From Kiritimatiellia bacterium (GTDB taxonomy: Bacteria; Verrucomicrobiota; Kiritimatiellia; RFP12; UBA1067), in NCBI GenBank assembly GCA_045656225.1, contig JAZOQU010000022.1, positions 4,732 to 68,731 on the forward strand: a stretch of 64,000 nucleotides of DNA, read 5' to 3'. Positions within the stretch are counted from its first letter, which is position 1, and each line of letters begins with the position of its first letter. The notes under the pieces are model-generated. The model did not search any database. It saw nothing but the letters and a program-made list of their open reading frames with translations, and was not told the DNA's origin. A program made the position numbers and the translations under genes. Of the stretch, positions 58,660-64,000 are shown one piece after another.

Positions 58660-58821
58660 TTACGCTTTAAGCAGAGCAAGAACAACGCACAAAACGATTA
58701 TCCCGAGAAACCACACGACACACTCAATGCACGACTGCGGGCCGTCGCATGAATCATCCGGTCCGGAAGGCATCCTTAAGCCTCTGTCAAACTCCTCTTT
58801 AAATTTTTCCCATCTAGTCAT
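58660..58821 (-). CDS. Small tail-anchored Cys-rich membrane protein (53 aa), copy 2
   Basis: MTRWEKFKEEFDRGLRMPSGPDDSCDGPQSCIECVVWFLGIIVLCVVLALLKA, with RBS GGTGA. Lies inside repeat 58644..58827, 30 bp downstream of the GH gene stop. Confidence 0.45.
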   Translation of the reverse strand: MTRWEKFKEEFDRGLRMPSGPDDSCDGPQSCIECVVWFLGIIVLCVVLALLKA

Positions 58822-58850
58822 AATCACCATCGCTCCACACTTGCAGAAAT

Positions 58851-60956
58851 TTATCTTATGTATTTTCTTATGTATTTCAGGGTTACAGGCCCGATAAGTC
58901 CAGAAGGTCGAACACGATATTTAGCGGCATCAAGCGGCAGATAATTACTGCCGACCATATTTATGTCATTAAAAATTTTCCACTTAACGCCCGTCATGTC
59001 ATTCCAACGCAGACGGTTCGCTCCAAGATTCGTAACTTCGACTTCAAGAACATTATCCGTAGCTTTCAAATTAGCGATAAAGCTAAGGTATTTGTAAGGC
59101 GGCATAAACCTGACGCCGATATCCCGCCCATTCAATTTAACGCGGGCGATTTCGCAAACTTCACCAAGATCCACATAAATAACAGTGCGGCCCCACTTAA
59201 GTTCGCCTCGCCGATGCTCATCAACATCGAATTTTGCGGTATATCGCATCGTTCCCGAAAAAGCTTCATCCCACTTATGCCAGGACTCGAGCGATGAGAG
59301 TTTTCTTGCCTCCGGCATAACCGGACCGCCGCAAACAGGTTCAACCTTCCACTCGCCGATTTCAATTTCAAGGCTCCGTTCAACCGCGTTCGTCAACACT
59401 CTCGTGCGAATATTCGCCGCGTCGGCGATAAAAAGCGAGTGACCAGGCTCAATGTCAACTCTAAGCTCCCTTCTTCTGATACTGCCATCAAGAGGATTCA
59501 TGATTACAAAGGCCTCTTCGGGCTCAGACGAATCATGCTCAATACGAACTGGATTGACTCCCTGATTGACGACGAAATACATGGTATGTCCGTTCCTCTT
59601 CCAACGCGTCGCCGAAAGTCCACTCTTGGGATCGAACGGACTCTTTCGCGCCTTAAGAGGTTTTGAAACAAGTGCGGGATCAATGACTTCGGCATATTTT
59701 TCTCCGAGTCCTTGCGCGAGCATACGCCGTGAAATATAATCAAAAAAGTACCCTTCAGCATACAGTTTTTTAGCGACCTTGCCGATCGGTTCGCCATAAA
59801 ACCACTCACGTCCGTGAACACTCATTTGCCTGACTTCATTAGGCTTTTTCTTGCGGAACGAATCAGGATCCCACACAATAGCAAGATCATTGTCGCTCTC
59901 CCATGTCTGAAAAATCGACTGACAGCGCGTAATGTAATCGTTAAGCGCCTTCACTTCGCGCCAGATAGGATTTCGAGGATTCATCTCCAACGATGCGTAA
60001 AAGCACCACCCCGGCCAAGGCGCATCGACAGGCGAATAATTAAGCCCGTGATAAAATACATGATTGACACCTGCGAGAAAAAGTCTGTCGATAAACTCCT
60101 TTATTTCCCGAGGCCGCTCGCAAAAATGCTCATCGATCCATGTGCAGCTTTCCGCAGAGACTAGACGCGTACCTTTAACGTGCGCGACCGAAGAGGCGAA
60201 TTTAGAAATGAGAATATCGCGATCGCCCTTGCCGAACATTTCAGTTTCGGGAATATCCGCCAAAGCGTAAAAGTCGAGCCAGTTCGACGGCGCACCATGC
60301 GCCTCATTACGCGTTATATAACCGTTTCTACGACACCAATCTGTCCATACGCTAAACGTCGCAAGCTGAAGTTCGTCTATATCGCCTCCGTTTTTAGGAC
60401 GAGCGTTGTAATACTCGTAGCTGTCATGATAGAATGCGCGGGGCTTTTCAGCTGAACCGTTGAGGCCGAACGCGGCCTCGAAGCGCTCGACGTGATTCGA
60501 CATTGCCCCCGGCGAAAACGGGTCGATCATATAGCCCTCGCCGCCGAGACCGGCGCGCTTTACCTTCATCTTTGAACTCGCGGCATCCGACTCCGTCACC
60601 CACGGCCCTCCGAAACACCATCCCGCTCCCATAGTAAGATCGACATTAAGATCGTATTTGCGAGCAGTCCTTACGGCCATGTTCCACGCGTCGATCCATT
60701 CGGGCGAAAGAAGCGAACGATACTGTTTCTCATACCCTTTGACGCCGTATATTGGAATTACATGAAAACCGCCAAATCCTTTATCAGCCAATTCGCGACA
60801 CTGATATTCAATGCCTTCTTGATCGACAGCCGAACCCATCCACCAGTTGTAAACCCAAGGCTTCATCTCCTGAGTAGGCTCAGGCCACCTAAACACATCG
60901 CCAAAGCTCGCGGCAACAACACCCAAACAACTAAAAATTAAATATACCCTTTTCAT
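58851..60956 (-). CDS. Secreted glycoside hydrolase, possibly GH106-like alpha-L-rhamnosidase
   Basis: Signal peptide from MKRVYLIFSCLGVVAASFG (start moved to 60956). The family guess rests on general resemblance and the rha gene context. Low confidence on family. Confidence 0.5.
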   Translation of the reverse strand: MKRVYLIFSCLGVVAASFGDVFRWPEPTQEMKPWVYNWWMGSAVDQEGIEYQCRELADKGFGGFHVIPIYGVKGYEKQYRSLLSPEWIDAWNMAVRTARKYDLNVDLTMGAGWCFGGPWVTESDAASSKMKVKRAGLGGEGYMIDPFSPGAMSNHVERFEAAFGLNGSAEKPRAFYHDSYEYYNARPKNGGDIDELQLATFSVWTDWCRRNGYITRNEAHGAPSNWLDFYALADIPETEMFGKGDRDILISKFASSVAHVKGTRLVSAESCTWIDEHFCERPREIKEFIDRLFLAGVNHVFYHGLNYSPVDAPWPGWCFYASLEMNPRNPIWREVKALNDYITRCQSIFQTWESDNDLAIVWDPDSFRKKKPNEVRQMSVHGREWFYGEPIGKVAKKLYAEGYFFDYISRRMLAQGLGEKYAEVIDPALVSKPLKARKSPFDPKSGLSATRWKRNGHTMYFVVNQGVNPVRIEHDSSEPEEAFVIMNPLDGSIRRRELRVDIEPGHSLFIADAANIRTRVLTNAVERSLEIEIGEWKVEPVCGGPVMPEARKLSSLESWHKWDEAFSGTMRYTAKFDVDEHRRGELKWGRTVIYVDLGEVCEIARVKLNGRDIGVRFMPPYKYLSFIANLKATDNVLEVEVTNLGANRLRWNDMTGVKWKIFNDINMVGSNYLPLDAAKYRVRPSGLIGPVTLKYIRKYIR

Positions 60957-60957
60957 A

Positions 60958-62601
60958 TTAAAACTCCCTGATTTCAAGAGGCTTAAGTTCCACTGTTTTT
61001 TCATAGTAAGGCAGCCGATCTATCGGAACATTCTTTAATTTCAGCGTTACAGGCCCTGCATGGATCTGACCGAGATCGTCCCGCCAATTTCCAGGAGGTA
61101 AGCGCACCGTTCGCGAATCGCTCTGCGAGAGAACGGGGGCAACTATCAAATCGCCACCCAAGCACCATTGGTCGCGAATCTCTTCAAAGCCGTTACCGGG
61201 AAACGCATATTCCATGTGCGCAGCGATTGGCTCTCCAGTTTTAGCCGACGACTTAGCTAACGCAAGTATCTTATCGGCGTACTTAGAGCGTATTTTCGCC
61301 GCCTTCGAAATCGCATCTAGATACTTTTTATCTTCTTGCCTTGTCATCACGCGCCATGGATTAAGCGAGAATTGCATCATAGGCATAAGCGCCTGCATTT
61401 GAGCCGAACGCGCGATAACCTTGAAATTAACTTTCTTTATCGCATCGCCGTGAAAGACCATCCACTGCCCGCCACCGATCATATCGGGACAACAAAACGG
61501 ATATCCCATCACGCCACATGCAAGGATGTCGCTTACGCACTGCTTAAGATCGTGCCAGCCGTTCCCCTTATCCTGAAGACGCTGAGCGAGCGGACGACCC
61601 GCCAACTGCCACACCGTGCGATATTCATTCAAGGAATAGCGAAGACCGAATTCGCCATAAGCCTTTGATTGACCGTGAGCCGTAGAGCCTTCAGGAGTAT
61701 GGGCCTTAAATTTAAACGCATAAGCCGACATATCACCGGCATCGAACTTAAAGCCGTCAACACCGTATTCTTTTTGAAGAAAATCCAATTTGCCTGCAAA
61801 CCACTTTTGTCCCATCGGGCTTGAAAAATCAACACATGCGGATTGTCCGTTCCACCAATGGAAAACGGCAAGATTGCCCCATTTATCGCGAATGCACCCG
61901 CACCCGTCTTTCGTCCAAAGTTCCTGGCGTATCTCCCAGGTATCTAAACCTACATAAGGACAAACCCAAAGCATCACCTTAAATCCCATTTTATGAAGTT
62001 TATCACACATCGCTTTAGGATCGGGAAAGCGCTTGAAGTTAAAATCCCAAACGCCGTATGCGTGCTGCCACGTATCATCAACCATAAGAACACCTGGTTT
62101 GAAGCCGTTTTTCACGATTGATTCGGCGTATGCAAGGATATCCTTCTGATTCTGATTGTAGGTCAATTCAACCCAAGTATTCCATTGAGGGGCCGTAAAA
62201 AGAAGTTCGTCCGGCATTTTTCCGTCGGCAGGGAAAAAGCGTTTTGACGCTTCGCGAAATGCTCCGCGCAATGTCGTATCCTCAGAACTCCCCATAACGA
62301 ACTTACCGCTTCCATTATCCTTCGCTTTGAATACGCCGTTAGTGAACTCAAAAGAAAAAGGTTCATCGTTCCACAACCACCGTCCCTTTGAGGAAAGCAA
62401 CAAGCCAGAAGTCTGATTATACGAATTATTATTTATCAAATTATCCTTAAAAGGCTTTTCCGCCGAGTATGGCATCGACCTTCCTTTAAAAGAATGACCT
62501 CCCCACCAATACTCGTTCTCCAATAGCTTGAATTCCGTTTGATCTCCCGAGGCGATTAACGCCATAAAAGACAATGCGATTACAGAAGATTTCTTAATCA
62601 T
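60958..62601 (-). CDS. Secreted TIM-barrel glycoside hydrolase, GH31-like
   Basis: Signal peptide. GVDGFKFDAGD resembles the GH31 nucleophile motif GVDxFKxDFGE. Also VLMVDDTWQ. Confidence 0.5.
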   Translation of the reverse strand: MIKKSSVIALSFMALIASGDQTEFKLLENEYWWGGHSFKGRSMPYSAEKPFKDNLINNNSYNQTSGLLLSSKGRWLWNDEPFSFEFTNGVFKAKDNGSGKFVMGSSEDTTLRGAFREASKRFFPADGKMPDELLFTAPQWNTWVELTYNQNQKDILAYAESIVKNGFKPGVLMVDDTWQHAYGVWDFNFKRFPDPKAMCDKLHKMGFKVMLWVCPYVGLDTWEIRQELWTKDGCGCIRDKWGNLAVFHWWNGQSACVDFSSPMGQKWFAGKLDFLQKEYGVDGFKFDAGDMSAYAFKFKAHTPEGSTAHGQSKAYGEFGLRYSLNEYRTVWQLAGRPLAQRLQDKGNGWHDLKQCVSDILACGVMGYPFCCPDMIGGGQWMVFHGDAIKKVNFKVIARSAQMQALMPMMQFSLNPWRVMTRQEDKKYLDAISKAAKIRSKYADKILALAKSSAKTGEPIAAHMEYAFPGNGFEEIRDQWCLGGDLIVAPVLSQSDSRTVRLPPGNWRDDLGQIHAGPVTLKLKNVPIDRLPYYEKTVELKPLEIREF

Positions 62602-62616
62602 TTTTCCCTTTCTAAA

Positions 62617-64000
62617 TCAATCAACCGTTTTATTAAGAACCTTGTCGGACTCTTCTCGAATCTCTGTAAAATATGACGCTTTTTTCCATAATGCCTTTTT
62701 GGCATCGAAAAGTTTTACAACCTTATCAAGTTCGTCATCACATTTACCCTCAGCACGAAGAAGTTTATATTTCTCTGCCGCCTCCAAGCCGTTTTGCAAC
62801 ATCAAGAGACGAATCGAGGGTGAGCCGTCCGGATAAACAAGAAAAGTGTCACCGGCAAAAAGCCCGGCGTAATCCGCATTCTCTATTGGCTTGGGCGGCC
62901 ATGAATTGTACGCCCAGCGAAGTAGCCCATCAAGCCCGGCAACCGCAGGATAAAGCCCAAGCCAATACCCTTCATCGGGCGAGGAAAATACAAAAGTATT
63001 GGGCGACAAGGGACTGTTGCAAACGTAAAACGTCGTCTTTAGCCCCTTTGCCTTACGAGTGGCAACATCTTCAAAAAACCTCTTTGAAACATGTTCCATA
63101 CTCTGCGAATAAACGTCCGGCTCAATTCCAACAAACGCATCGAAAGCGCGATTGCCCGCAAGCTTCAATCTAAGCCCAGGCGCTACACGGCGAACAAGCT
63201 CAGCCGCCGCTTTCGTCTCTTCGGGGCTGCGCTCATCGAGAGCGACCGTCGTTTTTTCAAACCATCCTTTATCTTTCAGATGCTTGGCAAAATCTTCAAG
63301 AAACGGCGACCAGTATTCTTCATATTCCTTTGACCCGGGTTTTGCCCGCATAGAGTGATGTTTGCCGTCTGGCGTTTCCCACCAGATACGCCCTCCATCC
63401 CACGGACAAATTGAATAACACGCGATTTCCGGCCCAATTCCGCACGAGAGAGCGAATGCAACATACTCGTCAAAAATCGTGTAATCAAATTTCCAGCTCC
63501 CGTCATCCATCTTGATGTGACGCACCATCGTGTCGTATGCATCAGTGCATTGGCGACTCCATGGGTATCGTACTATCGTTGTCGTAATCACCTTTTGACC
63601 AAGAGAAGCAAGCTCACACCAAAAAGGACGCATCGCCTCATAATGCTCCTTTGAAAACGGTTTCGTATTGCTCGTTCTTGCTATCGCCCACGGATGTTGC
63701 CAGATATCAAGATGGTAGGTTCGCTTCGAAACAGGTGTTATTGTTCGATTTAAAACTTTTACGCGAAGGTCTCCAAACTTATAAACGCCCGATTTTATCT
63801 TCCGCGGCACATTCACTTGGACAACACGAGCGGTTGCAGCATTGTCACCCCAAACGACACGATCAAGAGCATTGGAAAATGTCTTTCGCCAGATTTTAGG
63901 AGCCTGGCTGTACTGAACGCCTTTAAGGGCGCCAACTTTTATCTGAAACCCGTTGCGATCCCGACCAACCTTCTCTCCGTCAGGAAGAAACGCATTGACC
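62617..64000 (-). CDS. Hypothetical protein, possibly glycoside-hydrolase-associated; 5'-partial (continues beyond the window end)
   Basis: The track starts at GTG 63816, but the reading frame stays open upstream to position 64000 (...FQIKVGALKGVQYSQAPKIWRKTFSNALDRVVWGDNAATARVVQVNVPRK...), so the true start is outside the window. Confidence 0.5.
   Translation of the reverse strand, partial: VNAFLPDGEKVGRDRNGFQIKVGALKGVQYSQAPKIWRKTFSNALDRVVWGDNAATARVVQVNVPRKIKSGVYKFGDLRVKVLNRTITPVSKRTYHLDIWQHPWAIARTSNTKPFSKEHYEAMRPFWCELASLGQKVITTTIVRYPWSRQCTDAYDTMVRHIKMDDGSWKFDYTIFDEYVAFALSCGIGPEIACYSICPWDGGRIWWETPDGKHHSMRAKPGSKEYEEYWSPFLEDFAKHLKDKGWFEKTTVALDERSPEETKAAAELVRRVAPGLRLKLAGNRAFDAFVGIEPDVYSQSMEHVSKRFFEDVATRKAKGLKTTFYVCNSPLSPNTFVFSSPDEGYWLGLYPAVAGLDGLLRWAYNSWPPKPIENADYAGLFAGDTFLVYPDGSPSIRLLMLQNGLEAAEKYKLLRAEGKCDDELDKVVKLFDAKKALWKKASYFTEIREESDKVLNKTVD

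Noticed and set aside
1-64000. CRISPR arrays, tRNA/rRNA genes, integrase or transposase genes
   Set aside because: No regularly spaced repeat-spacer array was found. No tRNA-like T-arm or anticodon-arm signatures such as GGTTCGAATCC were found. No recombinase-like ORF was found. The island therefore has no identifiable mobility gene and no mobile_element feature was called.

Overview
This is a 64-kb window of a moderately GC-rich bacterial chromosome. Almost every gene is on the minus strand, often joined by 4-bp ATGA stop/start overlaps, which suggests long operons. The secreted sulfatase, C1 peptidase, GH116/GH31-like hydrolases and an rpoN–GspE pair would fit a PVC-group or Lentisphaerae-like polysaccharide degrader, though this is not certain.

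Positions 1–43,060 hold ordinary housekeeping and metabolic genes: nuoEF-like, cysE, a metX–metW fusion, rsmE, uxuA, rpoN, gspE/pilB, queC, dapF, prc, dxs, feoAB, a ZIP transporter, trmB, pgpA, rlmB, rhaA/rhaT and pflAB, plus secreted hydrolases.

Positions 43,060 to about 57,300 look like a horizontally acquired defence island. The stretch is visibly AT-richer, all genes point the same way, and there is no integrase, transposase or tRNA. It contains:
- an HTH–ASCH pair flanked by ~100-bp direct repeats that each carry two CCTTATAAGG palindromes;
- a 0.9-kb non-coding spacer with 33- and 45-bp palindromes;
- a fused phospholipase-D (PLD) nuclease with an SF3-like P-loop NTPase;
- a GmrSD-family (DUF262+DUF1524) type IV restriction enzyme;
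- an ASCH–RadC/JAB fusion plus a small unknown protein;
- a type II R–M module: C-protein-like HTH, a Dcm methyltransferase with unusual insertions, and an HNH_2 endonuclease;
- a YhcG/DUF1016 PDDEXK protein whose first 13 codons are identical at the DNA level to those of the methyltransferase.

One ~180-bp repeat lies just beyond this island and a second copy lies 3.2 kb away next to a TAT-secreted MBL hydrolase. Each copy encodes a 53-aa tail-anchored Cys-rich protein that is below the ORF-track threshold.

The most novel candidate is the PLD–NTPase / GmrSD / ASCH–JAB gene set, possibly a modification-dependent multi-component restriction system. Other notable signals are an 11-unit CTAACNN heptamer array upstream of an outer-membrane beta-barrel gene, a nested palindrome in the feoAB promoter, and three 22-bp-phased GTGCGCAC direct repeats.

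No CRISPR array, tRNA or rRNA was seen. All calls rest on motif recognition by eye; no database search was run.
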